This document shows positions 51,428 through 63,530 of a stretch of DNA of 64,000 nt, piece after piece; the first letter of the stretch is position 1; every line of letters begins with the position of its first letter. This DNA comes from Thermoanaerobaculia bacterium (GTDB lineage Bacteria > Acidobacteriota > Thermoanaerobaculia > Multivoradales > UBA5704): contig DATLNC010000143.1 in NCBI GenBank assembly GCA_035536935.1, forward strand, positions 2,240 through 66,239. Reading direction: 5' to 3'. The position numbers and the translations under genes were made by a program. Under the pieces are notes generated by a model. That model had not been told where the DNA came from, searched no databases, and saw nothing but the letters and a program-made list of their open reading frames with translations.

Positions 51428-52583
51428 GCGCCGGTGGGGCATCGAGCCGGACCTGGACCTCCTGCTTGCGGCCATCGCGGAGGATGCCTACTCTCACCAC
51501 GTCGCCGGCCTTCCTCTCCTCCAGGACGAGGAGCAGGTCCCCGGTCGAGGTAACGGGCTTGCCGTTTACGGACTGGATCACGTCACCCAGGATGACGCGC
51601 CGGCCACGGCTCTGCTGCAGCGGCCTCAGGCCCGCCCGGTCCGCTCCGCTGCCGGGCTCCACCCTCACGATCACTGCCCCTTGGACCTCGAGCTGACGGT
51701 TCCACCCCTCCGGGGCGAGCTCCACTCCGAGCGTCGGACGGTTCACGCGGCCGTAGCGGATCAGATCGGGCACCACCCAGCGCACCGAGTGCTCCGGGAT
51801 CGCGAAGCCGATCCCCGCGTAAGCTCCCGACGGGCTGTAGATCGCCGTGTTCACCCCGATCAGACGGCCGGCGCTGTCCAGCAGCGGCCCGCCCGAGTTG
51901 CCGGGATTGATCGCCGCGTCGGTCTGGACCACGTCGCGGATCGGCGTCCCGGCCACCGACTGGATCTCCCTCCCCAGCGCGCTCACCACTCCGGTCGTGA
52001 GCGTCTGGTCCAGGCCGAAGGGGTTGCCGATGGCGAACACGGCCTGCCCGACCCGCAGGTTGTCCGAGTTGCCCAGGGGTAGCGGGGGCAGGCGGTTCTG
52101 CGGAGCCTTGATCTGCAGGACGGCGAGGTCCTTCTCCGGGGCGTACCCCACCACCTCCGCGTCCCAGTTCGACTGGTCGGAGAGGGTCACCTGCCAGTTG
52201 CTGCCGCCCTCGATGACGTGGAAGTTGGTGACCACGTGCCCCTGCCGGTCCCAGATGAAGCCCGAGCCGCTGCCCTGGGGAATCTCCTGGACGTTCATGC
52301 TGAAGAAGTCGCGCTGGCGCGCCAGGGAGGTCACGTAGACGACCGACGGGGAGGCCCGCTCGAAGAGCGAGATCGTGGCCCGCTCCTCCTCTGCCAGCTC
52401 CGGTCTCGGCACGGGCCGGGCCTGCCCCTGCGCCGCGGGCCGGATCGCCCCATCGGGCGTGGTTGCGCGCTCGGCCTGGGCCAGCGCCGTCCCCTCTTCC
52501 GGGATCCGGGGGCACGAAATCCCCGCCATGAATCCCAACCCCGCGATCGCCGCTGCCAGCAAGATGCGACTGTACGAGCTCAT
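51414..52583 (-). CDS. HtrA/DegP-family serine protease with PDZ domain
   Basis: ATG 52583 (MSSYSRILLAAAIAGLG) follows a GAGGAGG SD. The catalytic triad context is TNFHV, DLAVL and GNSGGPL. A PDZ domain is present (GAVIVRVEPGSGADRAGL). The upstream extension of ORF 51414..52805 was rejected. Confidence 0.92.
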   Translation of the reverse strand: MSSYSRILLAAAIAGLGFMAGISCPRIPEEGTALAQAERATTPDGAIRPAAQGQARPVPRPELAEEERATISLFERASPSVVYVTSLARQRDFFSMNVQEIPQGSGSGFIWDRQGHVVTNFHVIEGGSNWQVTLSDQSNWDAEVVGYAPEKDLAVLQIKAPQNRLPPLPLGNSDNLRVGQAVFAIGNPFGLDQTLTTGVVSALGREIQSVAGTPIRDVVQTDAAINPGNSGGPLLDSAGRLIGVNTAIYSPSGAYAGIGFAIPEHSVRWVVPDLIRYGRVNRPTLGVELAPEGWNRQLEVQGAVIVRVEPGSGADRAGLRPLQQSRGRRVILGDVIQSVNGKPVTSTGDLLLVLEERKAGDVVRVGILRDGRKQEVQVRLDAPPARGRQ

Positions 52584-52680
52584 CCTTCTCGCCTCCTCAC
52601 GAAATGGCAAACGCCCCGAAGGGGCTGCCGCCTTCCCAAGTTTACACAGGGGGTCGGGTAGATTTGACGCCAGCAAGGGC

Positions 52681-53022
52681 TCAGTGAGCGACCAGCTCGC
52701 GAGGCGCCTCGACCGGAGGAGCCCAGGTGGCGAGCGCCTGCGACCGGATCTCCTCGATCTTCCGGTTCGCCTTCTCCGACTCCTCCCGCGCGGCCTGGAC
52801 GTCACCGTAGAGCCAGAGCAGCAACGCGTAGCGGAACGACGAGAGCGCCTGCATCCAGAGCCGCTCCAGGTCCGCGCCCTGGCCCTCGAAAGCGCCGAGC
52901 GGGAGGGCGTTGATCGACAGGAGCAGCTCGTCGCACCGGGTCTTGCTGACCTTCCGGCGCTTCATGTCTTGGGTGGCCTCGATCAGGGGCAGAACCAGGG
53001 CGAGAGCATGCGAGGAGTTCAT
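52681..53022 (-). CDS. hypothetical small helical protein
   Basis: 113 aa from ATG 53022, which lies 2 nt downstream of a GGGAGGA SD. No recognisable motif. The rest of the 412-aa ORF 52681..53919 is antisense to actA and was rejected. Confidence 0.55.
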   Translation of the reverse strand: MNSSHALALVLPLIEATQDMKRRKVSKTRCDELLLSINALPLGAFEGQGADLERLWMQALSSFRYALLLWLYGDVQAAREESEKANRKIEEIRSQALATWAPPVEAPRELVAH

Positions 53023-53113
53023 ATCCTCCCTGACAGCAAGGGTTGTGCCTGGGGAGAGGGGATCAGATTGGTCCCCCGCTTGCACGGCTTCCGCCGTTTG
53101 GGTAGGATCGCGC

Positions 53114-53131
53114 TTGTGACGACTTTCACAA
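53114..53131. promoter_or_regulatory. perfect CRP/FNR-superfamily-type palindrome TTGTGA-N6-TCACAA upstream of actA
   Basis: TTGTGA (53114-53119), CGACTT, TCACAA (53126-53131), 72 nt upstream of the actA ATG. It matches the TGTGA-N6-TCACA consensus exactly. I noticed no second copy in the window. Confidence 0.4.
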
Positions 53132-53202
53132 AGTCCCCCGCAACCCAGGATGGAGTCATGACGAAGCCGGAGCCGGGTGGCTGAGGGAGAGGCTCTTCTA
53201 AA

Positions 53203-53925
53203 ATGCAGATCTTCCATCGCAGCACGAACACCCTCGCCAAGGTGAGCATCTTCGGGGCGGTCTTCTTCATCGCCTTTTTCGCGTGGATCTTCTCCACGCT
53301 CCTGCGCTCCTCCTACGTCACCGGCCAGGGGATCGTCCTCAAGCAGCCGGTGCCGTTCAGCCACGACCACCACGTGGCCGGCCTCGGCATCGACTGCCGG
53401 TACTGCCATACGGCCGTGGAGGTGTCGAGCTCCGCCGGCATGCCCTCGACCGAGACCTGCATGAACTGCCACCGTCAGATCTGGACCAATGCCGACCTGC
53501 TGGAGCCGGTGCGGTCGAGCTTCGCCAACAACACCCCCATCGTCTGGCAGCGGGTGCACGACCTGCCCGACTTCGTCTACTTCAACCACAGCGTCCACGT
53601 GGCCAAGGGGATCGGCTGCGAGACCTGCCACGGCGAGGTGGACAGGATGCCCCTGATGTTCCAGCAGGCCTCTCTCCATATGGAGTGGTGCCTGGAATGC
53701 CACCGCGACCCCGGCAAGTACGTGCGGCCCCGCGAGGAGGTCTTCAACCTCAACTGGGAGCCGACGGACGCGGAGAGCTACAAAAGGTACATGCAGCCGC
53801 TGCCGGCCAGGGCCTCGGAACCGGAGTGGAAGCCATCCAAGGCGGACGTGCAGGCCCTCCAGGCCCATCTGGTCAAGGAATACAAGATCCAATCTCTCAC
53901 CAGTTGCTCGACGTGCCACCGCTAG
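53203..53925 (+). CDS. actA: alternative complex III subunit ActA (pentaheme cytochrome c)
   Basis: 240 aa with an N-terminal TM helix and five CxxCH motifs (CRYCH, CMNCH, CETCH, CLECH, CSTCH). Confidence 0.93.
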   Translation: MQIFHRSTNTLAKVSIFGAVFFIAFFAWIFSTLLRSSYVTGQGIVLKQPVPFSHDHHVAGLGIDCRYCHTAVEVSSSAGMPSTETCMNCHRQIWTNADLLEPVRSSFANNTPIVWQRVHDLPDFVYFNHSVHVAKGIGCETCHGEVDRMPLMFQQASLHMEWCLECHRDPGKYVRPREEVFNLNWEPTDAESYKRYMQPLPARASEPEWKPSKADVQALQAHLVKEYKIQSLTSCSTCHR

Positions 53926-53936
53926 GGCACGGAAGG

Positions 53937-56900
53937 ATGGAGAGCGTGAACGACAGCAAAGGCAAGTGTGGCGCGGAGGCTTCCGCGCAGCCGCAGCCGG
54001 TCCGGCTGGACCTGGCCGAGGTGCGCGAGAAGCTGCGCCGGCAACGCGGCCCGGAGGTCTGGCGGAGCCTCGAGGAGCTGGCCGAGACGCCGGAGTTCGA
54101 GGAGCTCCTCCACCGCGAGTTCCCGCGCCAGGCTTCCGAGTTGCTTCTGGATGGAGGATCAGATGGCGTATCGCGGCGAGGCTTCATGCAGCTCGCCGGC
54201 GCCTCTCTCGCTCTCGCCGGATTGACCGGCTGCACCAAGCAGCCGCCCGAGGGGATCGTCCCGTACGTCAAGCAGCCGGAGTACATCGTCCCGGGGCGGC
54301 CGCTCTTCTTCGCCACCACCCTTCTGCACAGCGGCTACGCGCACGGCGTGCTCGCCGAGAGCCACATGGGGCGGCCGACCAAGATCGAGGGCAACCCGGA
54401 CCATCCGGCGAGCCTCGGCGCCACCGACGTGTTCGCCCAGGCCGCGGTCCTGACCCTGTACGACCCGGAGCGCTCGCAGTCGGTCCTCCACAACGGGCGC
54501 ATCTCCACCTGGGGCGCCTTCGTGGCCGACCTCGGCAACCGGCTGCGCGCCCTGCAGGGGCTCGGCGGCGAAGGGGTCCGCATCCTCACCGGGACCGTGA
54601 CCTCCCCGACGCTCGCAGCCCAGATGCAGGACCTCCTGACGCGCTTCCCCCGTGCCCGGTGGCATCAGTGGGAGGCCGCGGGCGGACATCACGGCCGTGC
54701 CGCCGCGGCCCGCGCCTTCGGCCAGCCGCTGGAGACCCGCTACGACTTCTCCGCGGCGCGCGTGGTGCTGGCGATCGACTCGGACGTCCTCACCCAGGGG
54801 CCCGGCAATGTCCGCTACCAGCGCGACTTCGCCCGCACCCGCCGGGTGCGCAAGGGAAACCTCCAGATGAGCCGGCTCTACGCGGTCGAGAGCATCCCGA
54901 CCAACACCGGCACCCTCGCGGACCACCGCCTCCCCCTGCCCGCGGCCGAGATCGAGGCGTTCACCCTCGCCCTGGCGCAAGCGGTTGGAGCTGCAGGCCC
55001 GGCGGGAACCGCCGGTGTGGGGGATGTATTGACCGATGCCCGCGCGCGGAAGTTCGTGCAGGCGATCGCCCAGGACCTGCGCGCCAACGCCGGGGCCTCG
55101 ATCGTGGCGGCCGACGAGTACTCCTCGCCCGCGGTGCAGGTGCTGGTCCATGGGATCAACCAGGCGCTCGGCAACGTCGGGCGGACGGTGTTCCAGACCG
55201 CTCCGGTGGAAGCCGCTCCAATCGACCAGGTGGCCTCGATGCGCCAGCTCGTGGCCGACATGAACGCCGGCCGCGTCGAGCTGCTCCTGATGCTCGGCGG
55301 GGTCAACCCGGTCTACACGGCTCCGGTGGACCTCAACTTCGCGCAGGCGCTTCAGAAAGTCCCGCTGCGCGCCCATCACGGCCTTTACGAGAACGAGACC
55401 TCCGAGTATTGCCAGTGGCACATCCCGGCCGCCCACGAGCTCGAGAGCTGGGGAGACGCCCGCTCCTTCGACGGCACGGTCAGCCTGATGCAGCCTCTGA
55501 TCGAGCCGCTCTACGACGGCAAGACCGGGCAGGAGGTCATCGCCGCCGCCTTCGCGAGCCGCGCCGACGCCACCAGCTTCGAGCTGGTGCAGGAGCATTG
55601 GAAGAGTTTCTTGGTCGGCAACTTCGAGGAGGCCTGGCGCAAGGTCGTGCACGACGGGATCGTTCCCGCCACCCAGCTCCCGCCGGCCGGCGCCTCGGTC
55701 AACGGCGGCGCGGTCCAGCAGGCGGCAGCCGAGATCGCGGCCTCTCTGCAGCGGGCTCGCTCCGAGGCCGGCTCCAACAAAGTGACCCTGAAGCTGCGTC
55801 CCGATCCCACTGTCTGGGACGGCAGCCTGGCGCAGAACGTCTGGCTCCAGGAGCTGCCCAAGCCGCTCTCCAAGCTGACCTGGGACAACGCGCTGATGAT
55901 CGGCCCGGCCACGTCCGAGCGCCTGAACGTGAGCCACGAGGAGACGGCCGAAATCTCGTGGAACGGCCGCAAGGTCCAGGCCGCGGTCTGGGTGCTCCCG
56001 GGCATTGCCGAGGGCACCGCCACGCTGACCCTCGGCTACGGCCGGCGGCGGGCGGGCCGTGCCACCGGGCTCGGCTTCAACGCCTACGAGCTGCGCACCT
56101 CGCAGAATTTGTGGACCCTTCCCGGGGCCGAGATCCGCGGCCTGGGCGGGCGCTTCGACTTCGCCTGCACCCAGAACCATCATGTGCTGCCCAGCGGCAA
56201 GCGGCAGCCCGGGATGGGACCCGACGGGGAGATCCCGCTCGCGGGCAAGGAGGCCGAGCGCCGCCACCTGGTGATGACCGGCACGCTGGAGGAATTCCGC
56301 CGCGATCCGGACTTCGTCCAGCACGAGCGCGAGGCGCCGGAAGTGGACGAGACGCTCTATCCGCGCTGGAAGTACGACGGGCACGCCTGGGGCATGGCGA
56401 TCGACCTCAACGTCTGCACCGGTTGCAGCTCCTGCGTCATCGCCTGCCAGGCGGAGAACAACATCCCGGTGGTGGGCAAGGAGCAGGTGATGCGCGGGCG
56501 GGAGATGCACTGGATCCGGGTGGACCGCTACTACGCCGGCAACATGGACGATCCGCGCATCCACAACCAGCCGGTGCCCTGCATGCACTGCGAGTACGCC
56601 CCCTGCGAGGTGGTCTGCCCGGTGGCGGCCACGGCGCACAGCGACGAGGGGCTGAACGACATGGTCTACAACCGTTGCGTGGGCACGCGCTACTGCTCGA
56701 ACAACTGCCCCTACAAGGTACGGCGGTTCAACTTCCTGCGCTACAGCGACAAGGAGACGCCGGTGCTCGCGCTGCTCCAGAACCCGGACGTGACCGTGCG
56801 CATGCGCGGCGTCATGGAGAAGTGCACCTACTGCGTGCAGCGCATCGAGCAGGCCAAGATCGAGTCGAAAGTCGAAAATCGGCCGATTCCGGTCAACACG

Positions 56901-57125
56901 CTCCAGACCGCCTGCCAGCAGGCGTGCCCGACGCAGGCCATCGTGTTCGGCGACATCAACGACCCGGACTGGGAAGTGTCGAAGTGGAAGTCCGACCCGC
57001 TCAACTACGGGCTGCTCGAGTTTCTCAACACCCGGCCGCGCACCACGTACCTCGCGAAGATCACCAATCCGAACCCCGCGCTGCCTTCCGAGCAGGCACA
57101 CCCGGAGCACGAGGAAAGGACGTAG
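53937..57125 (+). CDS. actB: alternative complex III subunit ActB (molybdopterin-oxidoreductase-like domain fused to 4Fe-4S ferredoxin domain)
   Basis: ATG 53937 follows a GGAAGG SD. Tat motif SRRGFMQLAG. Fe-S motifs are CTGCSSCVIAC, CMHCEYAPCEVVCP, CVGTRYCSNNCP and CTYCVQR. 1062 aa. Confidence 0.93.
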   Translation: MESVNDSKGKCGAEASAQPQPVRLDLAEVREKLRRQRGPEVWRSLEELAETPEFEELLHREFPRQASELLLDGGSDGVSRRGFMQLAGASLALAGLTGCTKQPPEGIVPYVKQPEYIVPGRPLFFATTLLHSGYAHGVLAESHMGRPTKIEGNPDHPASLGATDVFAQAAVLTLYDPERSQSVLHNGRISTWGAFVADLGNRLRALQGLGGEGVRILTGTVTSPTLAAQMQDLLTRFPRARWHQWEAAGGHHGRAAAARAFGQPLETRYDFSAARVVLAIDSDVLTQGPGNVRYQRDFARTRRVRKGNLQMSRLYAVESIPTNTGTLADHRLPLPAAEIEAFTLALAQAVGAAGPAGTAGVGDVLTDARARKFVQAIAQDLRANAGASIVAADEYSSPAVQVLVHGINQALGNVGRTVFQTAPVEAAPIDQVASMRQLVADMNAGRVELLLMLGGVNPVYTAPVDLNFAQALQKVPLRAHHGLYENETSEYCQWHIPAAHELESWGDARSFDGTVSLMQPLIEPLYDGKTGQEVIAAAFASRADATSFELVQEHWKSFLVGNFEEAWRKVVHDGIVPATQLPPAGASVNGGAVQQAAAEIAASLQRARSEAGSNKVTLKLRPDPTVWDGSLAQNVWLQELPKPLSKLTWDNALMIGPATSERLNVSHEETAEISWNGRKVQAAVWVLPGIAEGTATLTLGYGRRRAGRATGLGFNAYELRTSQNLWTLPGAEIRGLGGRFDFACTQNHHVLPSGKRQPGMGPDGEIPLAGKEAERRHLVMTGTLEEFRRDPDFVQHEREAPEVDETLYPRWKYDGHAWGMAIDLNVCTGCSSCVIACQAENNIPVVGKEQVMRGREMHWIRVDRYYAGNMDDPRIHNQPVPCMHCEYAPCEVVCPVAATAHSDEGLNDMVYNRCVGTRYCSNNCPYKVRRFNFLRYSDKETPVLALLQNPDVTVRMRGVMEKCTYCVQRIEQAKIESKVENRPIPVNTLQTACQQACPTQAIVFGDINDPDWEVSKWKSDPLNYGLLEFLNTRPRTTYLAKITNPNPALPSEQAHPEHEERT

Positions 57126-57126
57126 G

Positions 57127-58541
<1,415 letters not shown>

Positions 58542-58545
<4 letters not shown>

Positions 58546-59078
58546 AGCGACCACCGATCTACGGCCTCATGGCCGAGTTCCACGATTCCGGCGAGTTGAT
58601 CGAGGCGGCGTACCGCGTCCGCGACGCGGGCTACACGCGGCTCGACGCCTACACGCCCTTCCCGATCGAGGAGGTCGCGGAGGCCACCGGCCATCACCAT
58701 TCGAAGCTGCCGCTGATCGTTCTGATCGGCGGCATCGTCGGCGCCCTCGCCGGCTACGGGCTGCAGTACTGGGCGGCGGTGATCGAGTATCCGATCAACA
58801 GCGGCGGCCGGCCGCTCCATAGCTGGCCGGCGTTCATCGTCCCGACGTTCGAGATGACCATCCTGTTCGCGGCGCTCTCGGCCGTGTTCGGCATGTTCTT
58901 CCTCAACGGGCTGCCGCAGCCGTACCACCCCGTCTTCAACGTGCCGCGCTTCGCCCTGGCGTCGCGCGACCGTTACTTCCTTTTGATCGACGCGCGCGAC
59001 CCTCTCTTCGACCGCGAGGGGACACGGCGCTTCCTGGCGGAGCTGAACCCGACCGAGGTGAACGAAGTTGAGCACTAG
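58542..59078 (+). CDS. actD: alternative complex III subunit ActD (DUF3341)
   Basis: 178 aa with the typical N-terminus IYGLMAEFHDSGELIEAAYRVRDAGY and two TM helices. A 4-nt overlap joins it to actC. Confidence 0.88.
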
Positions 59079-59085
59079 AACACCA

Positions 59086-59787
59086 ATGCTCATTGCGCTC
59101 TGCCTGGTCGGTATCGCCGCGGGCGGCTGCCGGCAGAACATGCACAACCAGCACAAGGTGGAGCCGTACGAGTCGAGCGACTTCTTCACCGACGGCCAGG
59201 CCTCGCGCCAGCTTCCGGCGGGGACCGTGCCGCGCGGCGTCTACGGCCAGAACATCGCGCCCTACACCGGGCTGGCCGAGCCCGGCCCGCCGACGTCCCT
59301 GCCCGTCCAGGGCCAGCCCCAGGGCCAGCCCCAGGGTATGCCATCGCAGGTGACCCTGGCGATGATCCAGCGCGGCCAGCAGCGGTACAACGTCTTCTGC
59401 TCCCCCTGTCACGACCGGGTGGGCAACGGCCGGGGCATGATCGTGCTGCGCGGCTTCAAGCAGCCCCCCTCTTTCCACGAAGCCCGCCTGCGCAGCATGC
59501 CGGCCGCGTACTTCGTCCAGGTGATGACCGAGGGCTACGGCGTCATGCCGGCCTACGCCGAGGAGGTTTCGCTGCAGGACCGCTGGGCGATCGCCGCCTA
59601 CATGCGCGCGCTCCAGTACAGCCAGAACGCCCGTCTCGCCGAGATCCCGGCCGACCGCCGTCAGGCCTTGGATGCCGAGATCCGCGAGGGCGTCACCACC
59701 AACCGAGGGTCCGGAGCCCGGGGCGTCACCCGCCCGGACGCCGTACAGGACTATGACCGCCGGCCCGATCCGACGGAGGTGCCATGA
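59086..59787 (+). CDS. actE: alternative complex III subunit ActE (monoheme cytochrome c lipoprotein)
   Basis: Lipobox (LVGIAAGGC) and a single CSPCH with downstream Met (GYGVMPAY). ATG 59086 is preferred. The TTG at 59068 in the ORF track is possible. Confidence 0.85.
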   Translation: MLIALCLVGIAAGGCRQNMHNQHKVEPYESSDFFTDGQASRQLPAGTVPRGVYGQNIAPYTGLAEPGPPTSLPVQGQPQGQPQGMPSQVTLAMIQRGQQRYNVFCSPCHDRVGNGRGMIVLRGFKQPPSFHEARLRSMPAAYFVQVMTEGYGVMPAYAEEVSLQDRWAIAAYMRALQYSQNARLAEIPADRRQALDAEIREGVTTNRGSGARGVTRPDAVQDYDRRPDPTEVP

Positions 59788-60989
59788 GGCGCGAGGCAGT
59801 ACGTGAACCTTTGACGCTTCGCGAGGCCGGGGAGGTCAACCTTCCGGCGGGCGCCGACCGGCTCCAGTCCCTCGCCCTGATCGTGGGCGGAGTCGGCGTG
59901 CTCTTGACCCTGGCAGCTCTGGCGTTCGATCCCCGGTACTTCTTCCGCGCCTGGCTCGTGGGCTGGGTCTATTGGGTCGGCGTGGCGCTCGGCTGCCTGG
60001 CCCTCTCCCTGCTCCACCACCTGACCCACGGCGACTGGGGGATCGTTCTGCGGCGCGTCATGGAGGCGGCCACGCGCACCCTGCCCTGGATGCTCCTCGG
60101 ATTCCTGCCGCTGATCCCGGGCATTCAATCGCTTTACGAATGGGCACGGCCCGAGGCGGCGGAGCACGAGCTGCTCAAGGCCAAGGCGGCCTACCTGAAC
60201 GTGCCGTTCTTCCTCGGCCGGCAGGTCGCCTACTTCCTGATCTGGAGCGCCGCGGCCTATCTGATCAGCCGCATGTCCGCGCGGCAGGACCGCGGCGAGG
60301 ACCCGGGCATCACCCGGCGCATGCAGATCCTCGCCGGACCGAGCCTCGCCGGCTACTGCCTGGCGGTCACGTTCGCCTCGGTGGACTGGCTGATGTCGCT
60401 CCAGCCCGAGTGGTACTCGACGATCTACGGCGTCTACCTGATGGGCAGCCAGGCGCTGACCGCGCTGGCGTTCCTGATCACCTTCGGCCTCTGGCTGGCG
60501 CGCCGCGAGCCGCTCGACCGCGTGCTCCACCCGCGGCTCTTCCACGACTATGGCAAGCTTTTCTTCGCCTTCGTGATGCTGTGGGCCTACTTCTCGTTCT
60601 CCCAGTACCTGATCATGTGGTCGGGCAACCTGCCGGAGGAGATCAGCTTCTACCTGAAGCGCTTCCACCACGGCTGGGGCGTGGTGGCGCTGCTCCTGGT
60701 GGTGTTCCACTTCGCGCTGCCGTTCGTTTTCCTGCTGTCGCGCGACCTCAAGCGCAACGCCCGCCGGCTGGTCTGGATCGCGGGGCTGATGCTCGTCATG
60801 CGCTGGATCGACCTGCTCTGGCAGGTGGAGCCAGCCTTCCAGGTGCAGAACCCGGCGATGTACTGGGCCTACCTGACGGCGCCGGTCGGCATCGGCGGCC
60901 TCTGGCTCTTCCTCTTCCTGCGCGAGCTGCGCAAGGCGCCGCTGCTGCCGGTCAACGATCCCTATCTCGCGGAGGCGCTGGTGCCATGA
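59784..60989 (+). CDS. actF: alternative complex III subunit ActF (second NrfD-like membrane subunit)
   Basis: 401-aa polytopic protein with a 4-nt overlap with actE. Position and character match ActF. Confidence 0.85.
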   Translation: MRREAVREPLTLREAGEVNLPAGADRLQSLALIVGGVGVLLTLAALAFDPRYFFRAWLVGWVYWVGVALGCLALSLLHHLTHGDWGIVLRRVMEAATRTLPWMLLGFLPLIPGIQSLYEWARPEAAEHELLKAKAAYLNVPFFLGRQVAYFLIWSAAAYLISRMSARQDRGEDPGITRRMQILAGPSLAGYCLAVTFASVDWLMSLQPEWYSTIYGVYLMGSQALTALAFLITFGLWLARREPLDRVLHPRLFHDYGKLFFAFVMLWAYFSFSQYLIMWSGNLPEEISFYLKRFHHGWGVVALLLVVFHFALPFVFLLSRDLKRNARRLVWIAGLMLVMRWIDLLWQVEPAFQVQNPAMYWAYLTAPVGIGGLWLFLFLRELRKAPLLPVNDPYLAEALVP

Positions 60990-61570
60990 GCAAGATCCAC
61001 ATCGGACCGCACACTCATCACGAGGAAGTGGATCCGCATCCGGCTTCGCAGACGTTCGACCGCGAGGTCAACCTGAAGGCGATCGCATGGACGATCGCCC
61101 TCCTGGTCGGCGTCGCTCTCGTGGTGCACGTGATCATCTATGGCCTGATCGTGGGCTTCAACCGCTTCGACGACAAACGCGAGCCGCGGCCGTCGCCGCT
61201 GGAGGCGGCCAACAAGCAGCCGCCGCCGCCCCTGCCCCGCCTCCAGACCACCCCGGAAGGGGACCTGAAGCAATACCGGGAGGACGAGGACCGGATCCTC
61301 GGCAAGGCGCAGTGGCTGGACCAAAGGCAGGGCCGGGTGCGCATCCCCATCGACCTCGCCATGGAGATCGTCGCCGGCCGGGGCCTCGGACCCGAGGTGG
61401 TCGGCGGCACGCCGGGCACCCCGGTGCAGCAGATTCCCGGCCAGGGCCGCACGCCCCCCGACGAGAAACAGGCCGGAGCCCTGGTCCAGATGAGCCGGCA
61501 GCCCGCGCAATCCCAGACGGCCCAACAGCCGCAGGCGGGGCAGACACCCCCGCCGCAAGAAAGAAGGTAA
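60986..61570 (+). CDS. single-TM membrane protein in the ActG position, Pro/Gln-rich C-terminal tail
   Basis: ATGA overlap with the actF stop. It has a His-rich N-terminus, a TM helix IAWTIALLVGVALVVHVIIYGLIVGF and a low-complexity tail. 194 aa. It was extracted from the out-of-frame long ORF 59972..61570. Confidence 0.7.
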   Translation: MSKIHIGPHTHHEEVDPHPASQTFDREVNLKAIAWTIALLVGVALVVHVIIYGLIVGFNRFDDKREPRPSPLEAANKQPPPPLPRLQTTPEGDLKQYREDEDRILGKAQWLDQRQGRVRIPIDLAMEIVAGRGLGPEVVGGTPGTPVQQIPGQGRTPPDEKQAGALVQMSRQPAQSQTAQQPQAGQTPPPQERR

Positions 61571-61574
61571 CGAG

Positions 61575-62456
61575 TTGTTCCGTACTATTTCGACGATGGC
61601 CCTTTCGGCGGCTCTCCTTGCGGGCTCGGCCTTCGCCATGCCCAGCCGCAGCGGAGTCGGCGACCGGAACCCTTCGATCATGCCGGCGACCACGATGCCC
61701 GGCCCGCTGCGCGAGGTCGGCTACGACCAGCGCATCGGCCAGCAGGTGCCACTCGACCTCGCCTTCCGCGACGAGGCCGGCCGCAACGTGCGCCTCGGCG
61801 AATATTTCGAACCCGGCGGACACCGGCCGGTCATCCTGGTGCTCGCCTACTATCACTGCCCCATGCTCTGCGACATGGTCCTGCAGGGGGTGGTCACCAC
61901 CCTCAAGCCGCTGACCTTCGACGCGGGCAAGGAGTTCGACGTGGTGGTCGCGAGCATCGATCCGGACGAGACGCCGGAGATGGCCGCCGAGCAGGAGCGG
62001 GAGATCCTGGCCCGCTACGGCCGGGCGGGCGCCAAGGAGGGTTTCCACTTCCTGACCGGCCCGCAGGCCTCGATCGACGCCCTGACCCGCGCCGTCGGTT
62101 TCCGCTACGTCTATGAAAAGGAGCGCGACGAGTACGCGCATCCCGCGGGCCTGGTCATGCTGACCCCGGGAGGCCGGGTGTCGCGCTACCTGTTCGGCAT
62201 CGACTTCCCGCCGCGCGACGTCCGGCTGGGGTTGATCGAATCCACCCAGGACAAGCTCGGGACGGTCGTCGATTCGCTGCTCCTCTACTGCTATCACTAC
62301 AACCCGGCGATCGGCCGCTACAGCACCGTGGTGTTCAACATCCTGCGCCTGGCCGCGGGCGCGACGCTGATCGGGCTCGTGACCCTGGTCGTCATGCTGC
62401 GGCGGCGGGAGAGCCGGCAAGCTGCTCAGCCTGCGGGACCGGTGGGGGCCGCCTGA
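61575..62456 (+). CDS. SCO1/SenC family copper chaperone with C-terminal membrane anchor
   Basis: CPMLC CxxxC motif and a conserved His (EYAHPAGLVMLTP). C-terminal TM helix is AAGATLIGLVTLVVML. TTG 61575 or ATG 61596 could be the start. Confidence 0.88.
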   Translation: MFRTISTMALSAALLAGSAFAMPSRSGVGDRNPSIMPATTMPGPLREVGYDQRIGQQVPLDLAFRDEAGRNVRLGEYFEPGGHRPVILVLAYYHCPMLCDMVLQGVVTTLKPLTFDAGKEFDVVVASIDPDETPEMAAEQEREILARYGRAGAKEGFHFLTGPQASIDALTRAVGFRYVYEKERDEYAHPAGLVMLTPGGRVSRYLFGIDFPPRDVRLGLIESTQDKLGTVVDSLLLYCYHYNPAIGRYSTVVFNILRLAAGATLIGLVTLVVMLRRRESRQAAQPAGPVGAA

Positions 62457-62457
62457 T

Positions 62458-63528
<1,071 letters not shown>

Positions 63529-63530
63529 AC

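Noticed and set aside
51062-51475. 137-aa minus-strand ORF across the 21-bp array as a confident protein-coding gene.
   Set aside because: The only ATGs lie inside the HtrA coding region and no SD is present. Codon choice is atypical (CCT, TTT). The open frame is an expected by-product of a 21-bp unit lacking stop triplets. It is kept as an open question in the findings, not as a feature.
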